DNA of 64,000 bases from NCBI GenBank assembly GCA_964458565.1, contig CAYWJO010000001.1, positions 32,001 through 96,000 of the forward strand, read 5' to 3'. The stretch is from an uncultured archaeon. GTDB taxonomy: Archaea > Asgardarchaeota > Thorarchaeia > Thorarchaeales > Thorarchaeaceae. Below are positions 49,338 to 59,897 of the stretch, one piece after another; positions within the stretch are counted from its first letter, which is position 1, and each line of letters begins with the position of its first letter. Under the pieces are notes generated by a model, which saw nothing but the letters and a program-made list of their open reading frames with translations, ran no database searches and was not told the DNA's origin. The translations under genes were made by a program, and so were the position numbers.

Positions 49338-49456
49338 TGGCGCCGAGGGTGAGATTCGAACTCACGCGTCCATATGAACAACAGCTTACTATTCAACAGC
49401 CTGTATAGACAATTGTTTCCAGGCTGTCGCCGTAATCCGGGCTTGGCTACCTCGGC
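49338..49456 (-). tRNA. tRNA-Ser(GGA) with 30-nt intron at 37/38 (49387-49416) and encoded CCA
   Basis: Acceptor GCCGAGG/CCTCGGC-G-CCA, anticodon stem ACAGC/GCTGT with loop CT-GGA-A^A, long variable arm, GTGAG-TTCGAAT-CTCAC T arm. Confidence 0.93.
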
Positions 49457-49517
49457 ATTGTTGAGCATGGAGGGTATAGAGTTACGTTTTAAGAATGTCG
49501 TTGAAGTAAAATCAGAG

Positions 49518-50567
49518 TTATGATCCCCTTAGTCCAACAGTACTGGAAAACGTTATTTCACCTGAATAATTTGTAAGCATCATCTCACGTACAGATTCCT
49601 TGTTTTTGGTATGGCCAAGTATCCACATCAATTTGACAGCAGCAGCCTCGGATGTCATATCAAACGCACTCAGAGCCCCAACATCTTGTGCAGCTTTACC
49701 AACCGCATATAGTGAGAGGTCAGCTTGACCAAATGCACACTGTGTACTCATGACTACAATAACACCTTCATCGAGTGCGTTTTTGATTGCACCTGTAAGG
49801 GCATTCTCCTTTGTGGGAATATTACCGGATCCGAATCCTTCAATGACAATTCCATGATATCCTAATTCAACTATTCGGGGGATTATACTTGGACGCATTC
49901 CAGGGAAGACTTTGAGCAAGTAAACCATATCATCCATCCTCGTATCGAAATTAGGTACAAGGTTATGACGTGGGGTTCGATTCTCATAAAATACGATATC
50001 ACGTGCTAGGAAACCCAAAGGTCTTCCATCAACAGAGTCAAATGCATCAAGAGCTCTTTCACGTATCTTTCGTGTCCTATTTGCACGATGAATTTCACCA
50101 TTGAAGACTATACAAGTTTCACCGATATCGCCCCATCCTGCAACTCTAAGTGCATCCACTAGGTTTCTTGGACCATCACTCCATGGAATGGAGGCGGGTA
50201 TCTGTGAACCAGTAAAGACAATTGGTTTCCCAAAATCTTGAACCATAAAACTGAGAGATGATGCAGAATAAACCATAGTATCGGTCCCATGCAGTATGAT
50301 AATCCCATCCAAATCTGGAATTCTTTCATGGATCTCCTTAACTTCTGTTGCGATTCGTCTCCAGTGATGCGGCTGAGCATTAGCGGAATCTATCTCAAAG
50401 AGTTCTCGTTTTATTAGTTCAATTCGCTGAAATTCAGGGGGCAGCGTTGATAATAATGCATCTATCTTGACGCCTGGGCGATATGCCTGTATCTCTTCAT
50501 CATAGACACTTGAGATGGTACCTCCAGTGGTCATTATGCATACTTTTGTTATCTTCGGTTCTGACAA
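49518..50567 (-). CDS. ansA: L-asparaginase type I
   Basis: TGGTI, HGTDT, TGSQ, G.GSGN, DMTSEAA.VKLMW; lacks the GatD N-domain. Confidence 0.9.
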   Translation of the reverse strand: MSEPKITKVCIMTTGGTISSVYDEEIQAYRPGVKIDALLSTLPPEFQRIELIKRELFEIDSANAQPHHWRRIATEVKEIHERIPDLDGIIILHGTDTMVYSASSLSFMVQDFGKPIVFTGSQIPASIPWSDGPRNLVDALRVAGWGDIGETCIVFNGEIHRANRTRKIRERALDAFDSVDGRPLGFLARDIVFYENRTPRHNLVPNFDTRMDDMVYLLKVFPGMRPSIIPRIVELGYHGIVIEGFGSGNIPTKENALTGAIKNALDEGVIVVMSTQCAFGQADLSLYAVGKAAQDVGALSAFDMTSEAAAVKLMWILGHTKNKESVREMMLTNYSGEITFSSTVGLRGS

Positions 50568-50649
50568 TGTCCTACACTAATAAGAATGAGATGAGAGATA
50601 TTTATGGATGTTATGATGAATAGAGGATTATAGTCAAGGAAGGAAATAC

Positions 50650-51858
50650 ATGTACGATTTGGTAATCGTGGGTAGTGGTCCCGCAGGATCGACTTGTGCA
50701 AGAGTAGCTGCTTTGGCTGGACTTGATGTGATTCTAATAGAGAGAAAGAAACATCCTCGTCCAAAACTATGTGGAGGCGCAATTAATCCCCGAATAAATC
50801 GACTTATTGATTTTGATTTATCAGCAGCAATAGACGTTGAGAGAAATGCGGCGAAAGTAATATCACCTCAGGGGAATATTGTTACTGCTGCTCGTCAGGA
50901 TTTCAAGGGTTATTTGGTAAAGAGAGCAAAATTCGATTCCTTCCTTCTCGATAAGGCAAGACAGGTAGGGGTAGAAGTCATAGAAGGGGAAAAGGTGATT
51001 TCAGTAGAACAACTCAAGAGAGGTGTTCGAGCACTTGTCAAAGGCGACTCATTCAAAGGACATATCTTAGTTGGAGCGGATGGAGTCAACAGTACGGTTG
51101 CGAAAGCATTGAATATAAGAAAGCAGTGGAAACCAGAAAATGTTACACTATGTATCGCTGCGGATGTACCATTGGAGCCATCGGAAATATCACGGATAAT
51201 GAGATTGAATGATAATGACTCTGAAATCGCGATTGAGATGTATCTTGGTGTATTGAAATGGGGTTTTGGCTGGTGTTTTCCAAAGCATGACGAGGTATCA
51301 ATTGGTATTGGAGCAAGGATGGACAAAGTAAAGAACCTAAGAATAGGATGGACGAACTTTATTGAGAGGCTGGAAAAAGAGAAAGATGTGAAATTTGATA
51401 TTTCCAATCGAAGTGCTCATAGAATTCCATTTGGAGATACAGCAGCTAGATACTCAGGAAGAAGGTCTATGTTGGTGGGTGATGCCGCAGGTTTTGTTTC
51501 ACCAATCACAGGAGAAGGAATCTACTATGCAATGCTTTCAGGAATTGTTGCTGCAGAAGTCGCAATAGAAACTGTGAAGCAAAAGAAACCTCTTCATGTT
51601 AGAACTTATGATGAGAGAATCAAAGCGAAAATAGGTGGCGAACTTCGTATTGCTAGATCTATATCCAATATGCTCTACAAATCACCAAATAATGTAGAAA
51701 TGGTTTGTAAGTTAGCAAATGATGATGATATTATACGCGATTTGATTATCGACCTTGTTACTGGAAATAAATCCTATTCTATTGTGAGAAGGGAGTTAGT
51801 AAAACGATTAATCAAATCACATCCCCTTAAGGCACTAAGCCTTGGATTATCGCTCTAA
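50650..51858 (+). CDS. Geranylgeranyl reductase family flavoprotein
   Basis: GSGPAGS, PR.K.CGG, GADG..S, W.FPK, GDAAG.V.P.TGEGI. Confidence 0.93.
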   Translation: MYDLVIVGSGPAGSTCARVAALAGLDVILIERKKHPRPKLCGGAINPRINRLIDFDLSAAIDVERNAAKVISPQGNIVTAARQDFKGYLVKRAKFDSFLLDKARQVGVEVIEGEKVISVEQLKRGVRALVKGDSFKGHILVGADGVNSTVAKALNIRKQWKPENVTLCIAADVPLEPSEISRIMRLNDNDSEIAIEMYLGVLKWGFGWCFPKHDEVSIGIGARMDKVKNLRIGWTNFIERLEKEKDVKFDISNRSAHRIPFGDTAARYSGRRSMLVGDAAGFVSPITGEGIYYAMLSGIVAAEVAIETVKQKKPLHVRTYDERIKAKIGGELRIARSISNMLYKSPNNVEMVCKLANDDDIIRDLIIDLVTGNKSYSIVRRELVKRLIKSHPLKALSLGLSL

Positions 51859-51863
51859 TGGTT

Positions 51864-52799
51864 TTATTGTGTAATTATCTTATATCTACCATTCTTATCG
51901 ATAGTGATACGCATTAAGTCACGTGCTAGAATTGTGTTTGGAAAAATAGATTTCGCTTCCTCCTCAATAACTGAACCATCCTCGTATCTTGGACTATAAT
52001 GAGTCAACACAAGCAAATCCACATTTGACTCAAGGGCGATAGTTGCAGCTTCAATAGAAGTCATGTGACCACGTGGAGGAGCTAGGTGGGAATGCTCGGA
52101 TGAGAACATTGCTTCTGAAATTAAAATATTAGCATCCTTCGATGCGTTTCTTAGAGCATCACATGGACGTGTGTCACCAGAGTATACGATTTTGATTGGA
52201 TTCGGAGGTGGCCCGGTTACCTGTGAGGGGTCTATTACAGTCCCGTCATCAAGGACCACTCTTTCACCATCAGAAAGTTTTCCCCATAAAGGACCTTGAG
52301 GTATACCGAGTTCTTTTGCCTTCTCAGGCAAGAAAACGCCAGTTGGTCTTTTGTGAATTATCTGGTATCCCAATGCATAACCACGATGCTCTACTTCAAA
52401 GGCATTTACAATCAGTTCGTGATCTTCGTACACAGGTCCAGCTTCAATACTATATACTATACTCTCAAATGTTGTTCCGAGATTGATAGTCGCCTGATTG
52501 ACTTTTACGTATTCTATCAACTCAGGAGGACCATAGATATTCAGAGGCTTGAATCGGCCAAGGAGTGAAAAACGAAGGAGAAGACCAGGTAATCCTAAAA
52601 TGTGATCAGCATGCATGTGTGAGATGAATATTGCCATTCGTTTATTTAGACCAATACCAGCACGTTCGATTTGCCTCTGTAGATCTTCACCACAATCAAA
52701 TAATAGAATCTGTCCTTCATACTGAAATGCGATAGATGGTAAGTTTCGTCCTTCAGTCGGCATGCTCCCGCCAGTGCCAAGGAAAATCACATCAATCAT
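51864..52799 (-). CDS. rnz: Ribonuclease Z
   Basis: FLGTGG, DCGE, SHMHADH, GIPQGP arm, YSGDTRP, LTHYSPRY. Confidence 0.96.
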   Translation of the reverse strand: MIDVIFLGTGGSMPTEGRNLPSIAFQYEGQILLFDCGEDLQRQIERAGIGLNKRMAIFISHMHADHILGLPGLLLRFSLLGRFKPLNIYGPPELIEYVKVNQATINLGTTFESIVYSIEAGPVYEDHELIVNAFEVEHRGYALGYQIIHKRPTGVFLPEKAKELGIPQGPLWGKLSDGERVVLDDGTVIDPSQVTGPPPNPIKIVYSGDTRPCDALRNASKDANILISEAMFSSEHSHLAPPRGHMTSIEAATIALESNVDLLVLTHYSPRYEDGSVIEEEAKSIFPNTILARDLMRITIDKNGRYKIITQ

Positions 52800-52842
52800 T
52801 TTTCAGACTCCATGAATAATGTTGTATTTGCTCGACTATCAC

Positions 52843-53427
52843 TTATCGCAGTTTTGATTTTGTATACCATTTGAGGAATTCACGAAATGCCTTTGTTCTG
52901 TGTGAGATTCTCACTTTTTCGGAGAAGTCAAGTTCAGCATACGTTCGATCATAGCCAGAGGGAATGAAAATGGGGTCATAGCCAAACCCACCAGAACCAA
53001 CTTCAATCTCAGATATTGAACCATGCATTGATCCAACGAATGTTTTTGATCCGGAACGATCCGCATATCCGACAGCAGTAGTGAAAATTGCTTCACGATT
53101 TTCTAAACCGTGCATTAGTTTTAGAATACCTTGAGTTCCTATTGTTTCAAGGACAAATGCAGGATATGTTCTTGGAAATCCATTCAGACTGTTAATATGT
53201 AAACCTGTATCATCAACTACAGTTGGATATTCAAGTGACTCAAAAGCATGTTCTGCGGCAATTCTAGCTATTTCTTCCACGGTATCAGACCTGATTTCGA
53301 ATTTCTCAATGGCAACAGGCTCAAATTTGATTTGATATTCTTCAAATAAAGGACGAAGCTCTTCAAGTTTGTGCTCATTTTGGGTGACAAGTGCTAATGG
53401 TCGTTTATGTAATTCATCTGGACGCAT
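52843..53427 (-). CDS. Non-canonical purine NTP pyrophosphatase (RdgB/HAM1)
   Basis: T.N.HK..E, DDTGL.I..L.GFP, GFGYDPIF, SHR. Confidence 0.95.
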   Translation of the reverse strand: MRPDELHKRPLALVTQNEHKLEELRPLFEEYQIKFEPVAIEKFEIRSDTVEEIARIAAEHAFESLEYPTVVDDTGLHINSLNGFPRTYPAFVLETIGTQGILKLMHGLENREAIFTTAVGYADRSGSKTFVGSMHGSISEIEVGSGGFGYDPIFIPSGYDRTYAELDFSEKVRISHRTKAFREFLKWYTKSKLR

Positions 53428-53478
53428 GAGTAAGATAAAGACAGTGTTCTATTTTAGTCATGAGGATAAGCATTTAAT

Positions 53479-54837
53479 TCATGTTAAATCAATTGGCAAT
53501 CTATCACCAATACATTCCCGTCGAACAGTTGTATACGTTCTAGCATCGATTAGATTTGCGTCCATTCTCCACTCTTTTTTCTTACGATCGTATAATGAGG
53601 TTATTCTAATACGTTCTTCAAATCCACCAGAGACCACATCAAATTGCGGTTTGGTTGCTTTGGACATCTCGGACTCTGCTGCATAAGTGAATTTTCGCGC
53701 GGATCCAGAGGGGAGCGCAGCCATGAAAAGCGCTCTTTTTTCAGATGTGTTCTCAATGTTCTCGCATTGTGAAATGTAGGTGTATGGGAGAATGTCGAAA
53801 GAAGCGAATATTTCACCTGCAGTGGAGGAATCGAGTAAACCGATAACCCTATCCTCTAGACCGGGAATATCAAGACCCGATCTTGGTAGAACATAATTCT
53901 TAGTCATAATCTCTTTACGGACTCTGAAGGCGGTTGCCTCGCTTATACCAATTATTTCAGATATCTGCTTCGCAGTGTATTCACAATTATCCTGAAGTAA
54001 TTCGATAGTTTTCAATTCGGAAGAAGAGAGGTCAGGAGCTGAAGTATCACCACGTGGAGGTGAACTCATTGTTAGTGTGTTTCCCAGACTAGAACGAAGT
54101 AATAGTTTCAAATGCATCCAATCAGGTTTCCAAGCTCCTAAACGCCGTTGATACCACAAACCATTGAATGCCATGCTACCTGATGAAAGCCTCCAGACTG
54201 TAGCGCCATGAGATACAGTTCTAAGAGCGCGGATTACAATGTCATTGAGGTTTTTTGTAGGGACTTTCAAGAGCTGATATGTTGTGGGTAAGGCTCCGTC
54301 AATGAACATAGTTGCTGCAACCCACGGACCTGTTAGAATGAATTCCGGATTTTCGAGGACTAGTAGTAGACGAGTTAATCCAAGTCGTTCACAATTTAAA
54401 GCACATCTTGTTCTAAGGATCTCAGTTTCGATCAAACGCTTACTTGCTCTCCTCGTCTGAGAATATGAAAGCCTTGAGATTGTAGATTGTGTCTTGAGTG
54501 GGGCTCCGTCAACATCAAATCTTGCTGAGAGAAATTTCAACTCGGTCTTTGATAACGAAGAGATATTATCCTTCCAGATATTCTCGGTAATTTGCATAAG
54601 ATCTTGTTGGGTGATTATACCTACGTTTCCTAAATCAATTAGGAAAATGATTCTATCACACAAATCTTTGTGTAACTTTCCACGATATGTCGAAACTATC
54701 TGTTCGATCCTATCTAATGAAGGGTCACGTTGAAAGAGATTGTCTAGACTCTCTCCTTTCTCAACTTTTTCGATTATGTTCAGAAGAGCTCGAGCACTCG
54801 GAGATAAGAATTGTTCAAACAGGGTTTCCCTAGACAT
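53479..54837 (-). CDS. Hypothetical protein with two Lrp/AsnC-like wHTH modules
   Basis: LSKTELKFL...KRLIETEIL...LGL and LSSSELKTIELL...AKQISEIIGISEATA; start moved to ATG 54837. Confidence 0.6.
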   Translation of the reverse strand: MSRETLFEQFLSPSARALLNIIEKVEKGESLDNLFQRDPSLDRIEQIVSTYRGKLHKDLCDRIIFLIDLGNVGIITQQDLMQITENIWKDNISSLSKTELKFLSARFDVDGAPLKTQSTISRLSYSQTRRASKRLIETEILRTRCALNCERLGLTRLLLVLENPEFILTGPWVAATMFIDGALPTTYQLLKVPTKNLNDIVIRALRTVSHGATVWRLSSGSMAFNGLWYQRRLGAWKPDWMHLKLLLRSSLGNTLTMSSPPRGDTSAPDLSSSELKTIELLQDNCEYTAKQISEIIGISEATAFRVRKEIMTKNYVLPRSGLDIPGLEDRVIGLLDSSTAGEIFASFDILPYTYISQCENIENTSEKRALFMAALPSGSARKFTYAAESEMSKATKPQFDVVSGGFEERIRITSLYDRKKKEWRMDANLIDARTYTTVRRECIGDRLPIDLT

Positions 54838-55017
54838 AACAGGAACTTCCTCGTATATATTCAACAAAATCACCAATACGACACTTTGTAATATAAGGTC
54901 CATTCTTGCCGCGGACTGACATTTTGGTGTGTTTTTTGAATGATATAAAGTCAGAGAGACCTTGAATGAAAGGTTTTTCAACTCGGATTATACCACTCAG
55001 TTTAGTGGTGGTAGCAA

Positions 55018-55770
55018 ATGACAGCGAGTGAAGCGACGCTAAAGGCACTGCGCGAACTGGGTTTGACAGAGTATGAAATGAATTCCTACCTCGCACTAAT
55101 TGATGGAGGGCAGACTTCTGCGTCAGAAATATCTTCCAAGTCAGGAGTACCTTATAGCCGAATATATGATACACTTGGAAATCTCGAACGTAGAGGATTT
55201 ATCATAGTATCAAAGGGACGACCAACATTATATCAAGCAAAATCACCCAAAGAAATTGTAAAACTCGTTCAGTTGGATTGGGAGGAGAAACTTGGTAGAT
55301 TTAGCAAAGTCATTGTAGAGGAGTTACAACCAAGATTTGAGCAGGAATCACCTGCTACAACTCGTGATGTCTGGCTAATGCACGGAAAAGCTGCAATCTT
55401 AGCAAAGGCACTTGGAATCCTTGAAGAAACGCGTGAGGAGCTACTGCTTTCACTGCCTAGTTTTGATCTTAAAGATGAGCAACTTAATTCGGTCATCGAA
55501 TCCGCCTTAGGGGTTAAAGCAAAAGTAAAGATACTAACATCAACGATACCTAAGAAGATGATAGATTTAATTCCCAATAATTTCGAAGTACGAACGAGAG
55601 ACCGTGTTTTTGGAGCCGGTGTTGTTTCAGATAGAAAGCATACACTGATTATGCTCTCTGAAGGCACCCAAGAAACAGACTCATTGGGCATCTATTCATC
55701 CCATTACATTTTCGCAGACATGGCTGCTGCATATTTTGAATCCCTCTGGAAGGATTCAAACCCGATATGA
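55018..55770 (+). CDS. TrmB-family transcriptional regulator
   Basis: LGLTEYE..Y.AL, SGVPYSRIYD.L..L..RG, GRP..Y. Confidence 0.92.
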   Translation: MTASEATLKALRELGLTEYEMNSYLALIDGGQTSASEISSKSGVPYSRIYDTLGNLERRGFIIVSKGRPTLYQAKSPKEIVKLVQLDWEEKLGRFSKVIVEELQPRFEQESPATTRDVWLMHGKAAILAKALGILEETREELLLSLPSFDLKDEQLNSVIESALGVKAKVKILTSTIPKKMIDLIPNNFEVRTRDRVFGAGVVSDRKHTLIMLSEGTQETDSLGIYSSHYIFADMAAAYFESLWKDSNPI

Positions 55771-55858
55771 TTGCTACGTCGCAAGCTAAATAAGAGGCTG
55801 ATAACTATCGTTATCTTAATAATTGGGAGATCCGCTTCTTACATGGTTGTGTAGAAAG

Positions 55859-56506
55859 ATGGTTGTAGAGATTGAAGACGAAATGAAGATCCAAATAGTT
55901 GAGTTATTTGAACCCATGATTAATGATGTAACAATCCACCTCTTTGTTAAAGATCATGATTGTCTCTATTGCAATGACACCACTGCATTAGTGACACAAG
56001 TAGCAGAACTATCAGATAAGGTTAAACTTGAAATACACAAGGGAGATGTGGATCAAGGAAAAGCTGTTGAATATGGAGTAAAACATGTTCCAGGTATTGT
56101 TCTACATGGAAAAGAGGAATACAAGGTCAGGTTTTATGGGATACCTGCAGGTCATGAATTTAGTGCATTAGTAGGTAGCATCGTTGATGTGTCTACTGGA
56201 ACGGCTCCATTGGAACCTGATATCATTGAGGATATCTCGGCGATAGACAAACCAATACATATCCAAGTTTTCACAACTCCTCAATGTCCTTACTGTCCCG
56301 GTATGGTACGTTTAGCACATCAGGCTGCGATACTTAATCCACTCATAGAAGCAGACATGATTGAAGCATTAGAATTTCAGGAATTAGCTACAAAGTATGC
56401 AGTTTTCGGAGTTCCGAAGACAATCTTCAACGAAACCGTGTCAGCTGAGGGACTTACTCCACCTGAGATGTTTCTTGAGAAGCTATTCGCAGCCATTGGA
56501 GAGTAA
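55859..56506 (+). CDS. Protein disulfide oxidoreductase (two thioredoxin folds)
   Basis: CLYC and CPYC, RFYGIPAGHEF, GVPKT. Confidence 0.92.
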   Translation: MVVEIEDEMKIQIVELFEPMINDVTIHLFVKDHDCLYCNDTTALVTQVAELSDKVKLEIHKGDVDQGKAVEYGVKHVPGIVLHGKEEYKVRFYGIPAGHEFSALVGSIVDVSTGTAPLEPDIIEDISAIDKPIHIQVFTTPQCPYCPGMVRLAHQAAILNPLIEADMIEALEFQELATKYAVFGVPKTIFNETVSAEGLTPPEMFLEKLFAAIGE

Positions 56507-56546
56507 TGATTCTTTTGAGAGTCAAACGCTCTCATTCATTTCGTTA

Positions 56547-57686
56547 TTAGCGGTTCTTGATATAATCAAGAATTTCTTTCATGACTTTGAATGAACTGCG
56601 AGTTCGTTCAAGGTCAAACATACCTGTGGTGTTCCAGAGAATTATATGTTGAAGTCCATTACGTACATATTCCTCAAGCATCTTGATGATTGTTTCAGAA
56701 CTACCACACATGTAGAATTCCCTAAGCACTTCATCAGGTACCAGCTCCATTGCATTCAAGGTCTGTTCTCTAGAATATCTCATAGGAATATAATCACGGA
56801 GTGAGTAGAAATCGCTCCCAAAAGGATGTTCGTATCCCAATCTTGACCACTCACTTGAAGGGTATAACAATGCAAATGCCCTAGCAAGGGGTGTTTGCAT
56901 CATCCTTTCACACTCTGATGGATCATCATCAAGGATACACCAGTTCCAAAGAGCCGCTGTAAATGAATTCTGTTTGTCCAACTCCTCTCGATGTTTTATT
57001 ATGGTCTTCAATTTATCTCCATAATCACGAGGCTGTAGGAGTGTAGGAAGCCACCCATCTCCAAATTGCGCTGTCAGTTTAAGCATCTTTGGACCATGAG
57101 CTGCAATCCAGATTGGGGGATTGCGTCCTTGTATTGCAGGACGAAGAGACATTACAGCATCCTTTAATTTCCAATATTTGCCATCATAAGAGAATGGCTC
57201 GTGAGTAGACCAAGCTAGATTGATAATTTCAAGAGCCTCATGAAGTTTTCCTACTTGATGCGAATAGTCCAAGCCATATGGTTTGATATTTTCAATCTCA
57301 CCAGCACCTATACCGAAGATTGTCCGTCCCTGAGATATATGATCCAGTGTAAGAAAACTCTGAGCAAGAAGTATAGGATGTCTTCTAATTGGTTCAGTAA
57401 CTGCTGAGATCAATCTGACATTCTCTGTGACTACAGCACATGCAGCCATGATGGTCATAACCTCAAAATACGTATGTGGACTCTGTTGCAAAAATGAGAG
57501 AGGCGTGATATCAGATGTCCAGATGCTCTCAGGAACAAAACCAGCGAAATGATCTGGAAAAGCCATGCTATCATAACCCAACTGATCAATTCTGCGAGCG
57601 TTCTTCTCAACATTATCCCATGGTGGAAGAAAAGGACCAGGGGCGCCTATTTCAAGCATACTAAGATCTGTCATTTTTCCGACCAC
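56547..57686 (-). CDS. LLM-class (luciferase-like) flavin/F420-dependent oxidoreductase
   Basis: PDH, TLDHIS.GR...GIGAGE, PIWIAAHGPKML.LTA..GDGW. Confidence 0.9.
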   Translation of the reverse strand: MVGKMTDLSMLEIGAPGPFLPPWDNVEKNARRIDQLGYDSMAFPDHFAGFVPESIWTSDITPLSFLQQSPHTYFEVMTIMAACAVVTENVRLISAVTEPIRRHPILLAQSFLTLDHISQGRTIFGIGAGEIENIKPYGLDYSHQVGKLHEALEIINLAWSTHEPFSYDGKYWKLKDAVMSLRPAIQGRNPPIWIAAHGPKMLKLTAQFGDGWLPTLLQPRDYGDKLKTIIKHREELDKQNSFTAALWNWCILDDDPSECERMMQTPLARAFALLYPSSEWSRLGYEHPFGSDFYSLRDYIPMRYSREQTLNAMELVPDEVLREFYMCGSSETIIKMLEEYVRNGLQHIILWNTTGMFDLERTRSSFKVMKEILDYIKNR

Positions 57687-57736
57687 GGATTATAATATCT
57701 ACTGAAATAATCTTCTACTGGCTAAAGAATCTAGAT

Positions 57737-58927
57737 TCACGTGTATGTTTCAGCAAAGAGTATCAATGCGCTCTTTACCTTCTCAAAGTCTTCAACTGCA
57801 AGCCATTCATCAATTCCATGGAAATTAGAATCATCTACAATAGTACCATAACAGGCTGTAGGAATCCCAACACTCGTGAAATAATAGCCATCGTTTCCAC
57901 CCAAATCTGCGGATAATGGAATCCCAGGACTGACTGCCGTCTTGACTGCGTCATGAAAAGCCTTGATGAATTTGTTCTCAGGGTCAGAACCCCAACCATC
58001 GTGCTTAGTCTTGAATTTTAGAGATGCGTCAACACAAGTCTCATCCTTCGCTCTAGCTAGAAATGCTTCAATATCTTTTACTACATCTTCAACATCTTCT
58101 TCAGGTATTGTTCTACAATCAAATGAAATCTCAGCCTTTCCTGGAATTACGTTGGTCTTGCTACCAGCATTGTACATTGTTATTGAAAAACGACCCCAGA
58201 GTGTCTGATGTGGACTTCCAGGAGGAGCTGGAAACTTGGATTCCACCTTCCTTCTTACATCAACATAATCTAGAATTACTTGCATGAGAGGGACTGAGAG
58301 ATGAATTGCGTTATCGAATTTGAAGGGATATCCTGCATGTCCCTGAGTACCCTTTACTGTGATTGTGCCAGCGATAACACCACTTGCACCAATGCTGACA
58401 TAGTCTGGTGATGAGTCTACAACAAGTCCGAAATCACCGCGAATCTTTGGTGGACCATTTATCAGATAGTCAATCCCCCACTCACCCCCAATTTCCTCGT
58501 TTGGTGAAATCAAGCATTTAAGATTCACATTGGAGCTGTCTTTCTTCACAAGCTTACGCATAGCACTTACAGAAGCAACTATGTTTCCCTTGTTATCTGT
58601 AACACCACGACCGTATACTTTATCCTTCTCAATTGTCAGATCAAAAGGTGGTTTCGTCCAAGCTTCAACATCACCAGCAGGAACAACGTCATAGTGCGTA
58701 CATAAGAGCACAGTTTCTGCTGCACCAACATCTAGTGTTGCTACAACATTTGGTTGAGGTTTTCCATCGTTTTTTGAATCAAATACTTCCACAATCAATC
58801 CGGCTTCTTCGCAGTATCTAGAAATCACTTCAGCACATTCTGCATAGTTCTTTTTCTCATCACTGTTGGTATCAAGTCGTATAATATCTCTTAGAAAATT
58901 TGTTTCCCATTCATCCATAGCACTCAA
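57737..58927 (-). CDS. M20/ArgE-DapE family metallopeptidase
   Basis: HYDVVP, YGRGV.D.KG, NEEIGG, GHA, H..DE. Confidence 0.92.
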   Translation of the reverse strand: MSAMDEWETNFLRDIIRLDTNSDEKKNYAECAEVISRYCEEAGLIVEVFDSKNDGKPQPNVVATLDVGAAETVLLCTHYDVVPAGDVEAWTKPPFDLTIEKDKVYGRGVTDNKGNIVASVSAMRKLVKKDSSNVNLKCLISPNEEIGGEWGIDYLINGPPKIRGDFGLVVDSSPDYVSIGASGVIAGTITVKGTQGHAGYPFKFDNAIHLSVPLMQVILDYVDVRRKVESKFPAPPGSPHQTLWGRFSITMYNAGSKTNVIPGKAEISFDCRTIPEEDVEDVVKDIEAFLARAKDETCVDASLKFKTKHDGWGSDPENKFIKAFHDAVKTAVSPGIPLSADLGGNDGYYFTSVGIPTACYGTIVDDSNFHGIDEWLAVEDFEKVKSALILFAETYT

Positions 58928-58983
58928 CTCACAAGCAGTATATTCATATCAATAGGTCCTTGATTAGTATTATGTCAAGACTG

Positions 58984-59790
58984 TTATTTCTGACAAGTCT
59001 GACAATAATTCGTTTTAAATCGATTCGATTTTGCCTCTGAAATTCTTCCTCCACACAATGGGCAAATACCTCCACCTTTTCCATGAATCATAAGAAAATC
59101 GCGTTTCTCTGAAGATAGCTCCTTAAGATTGTGATGTGAAACCAGTTCAGTGTATTTTTCAAGAACCTTCACCATTGAATGATAGAGACGAACAATCTCA
59201 CTCTCGCTAAGACTGGAACGACCTCGAAAAGGCATAATTCCTGCATAAAGAAGAATCTCATCAGCGTAAGCATTCCCAATTCCTTTTACGAATTTTTGAT
59301 TACGAAGTACGTTTTTGATTTGCCCCTGTCGTTGAACTAATCGCTTCTTGAAAATTTCTAAGGATAAGCCATTATCAAGTGCGGAGGGGCCACGTTCACA
59401 AAAGCCTGCGACATCCTCATAGCATCCCTTATCAACCAAATACACTCGACTCATTTGTTTTCGGTCGTTATAGAGCAAAGTACCGGATTCAGTGCGAAGT
59501 GTAAAGATAGTAGTCTTCATTGGTGGTTTTTGTTTATTTAAATATTGAAAGCGTCCTGTCAACATAGGATTGATTACAATCTCAAAACTATTGTCAATTG
59601 TCAGAATTATGAATTTTCCATCTGCTCGAAACGCTGTGAAACACATACCACGCGGTTTTCGTTCGAAGTCCGTAATCTCAATTCCATGGATGACAAGGTG
59701 ATTATGGACTTTTATCCATGATATAGTCTTACCAGCTAGTACTTCGCTCAATCGCATTGCTAATGCCTGAAGTTCAGGAAGCTCTGGCAG
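58984..59790 (-). CDS. Fpg/Nei family DNA glycosylase/AP lyase (CTG start)
   Basis: Upstream extension reads CTG-PELPELQALAMRL; GIGNAYADEIL H2TH motif; C-terminal CPLC...CQTCQ zinc finger. Confidence 0.92.
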   Translation of the reverse strand: MPELPELQALAMRLSEVLAGKTISWIKVHNHLVIHGIEITDFERKPRGMCFTAFRADGKFIILTIDNSFEIVINPMLTGRFQYLNKQKPPMKTTIFTLRTESGTLLYNDRKQMSRVYLVDKGCYEDVAGFCERGPSALDNGLSLEIFKKRLVQRQGQIKNVLRNQKFVKGIGNAYADEILLYAGIMPFRGRSSLSESEIVRLYHSMVKVLEKYTELVSHHNLKELSSEKRDFLMIHGKGGGICPLCGGRISEAKSNRFKTNYCQTCQK

Positions 59791-59897
59791 AGAATATCAC
59801 CTGGTACGACCTTTAGTTGAATGTCACATTTTTCCTCTTAAGAGTCACGTATTTTGTACACATAGAACTTAAGGCTAAATGATGCACTGAAAAAATC

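Noticed and set aside
49338-49456. tRNA-Ser as an integration site
   Set aside because: No integrase or duplicated tRNA 3' end was seen, and the flanks are ordinary genes.
49518-50567. GatD amidotransferase subunit
   Set aside because: It lacks the GatD N-terminal domain and has no adjacent gatE; the length fits asparaginase.
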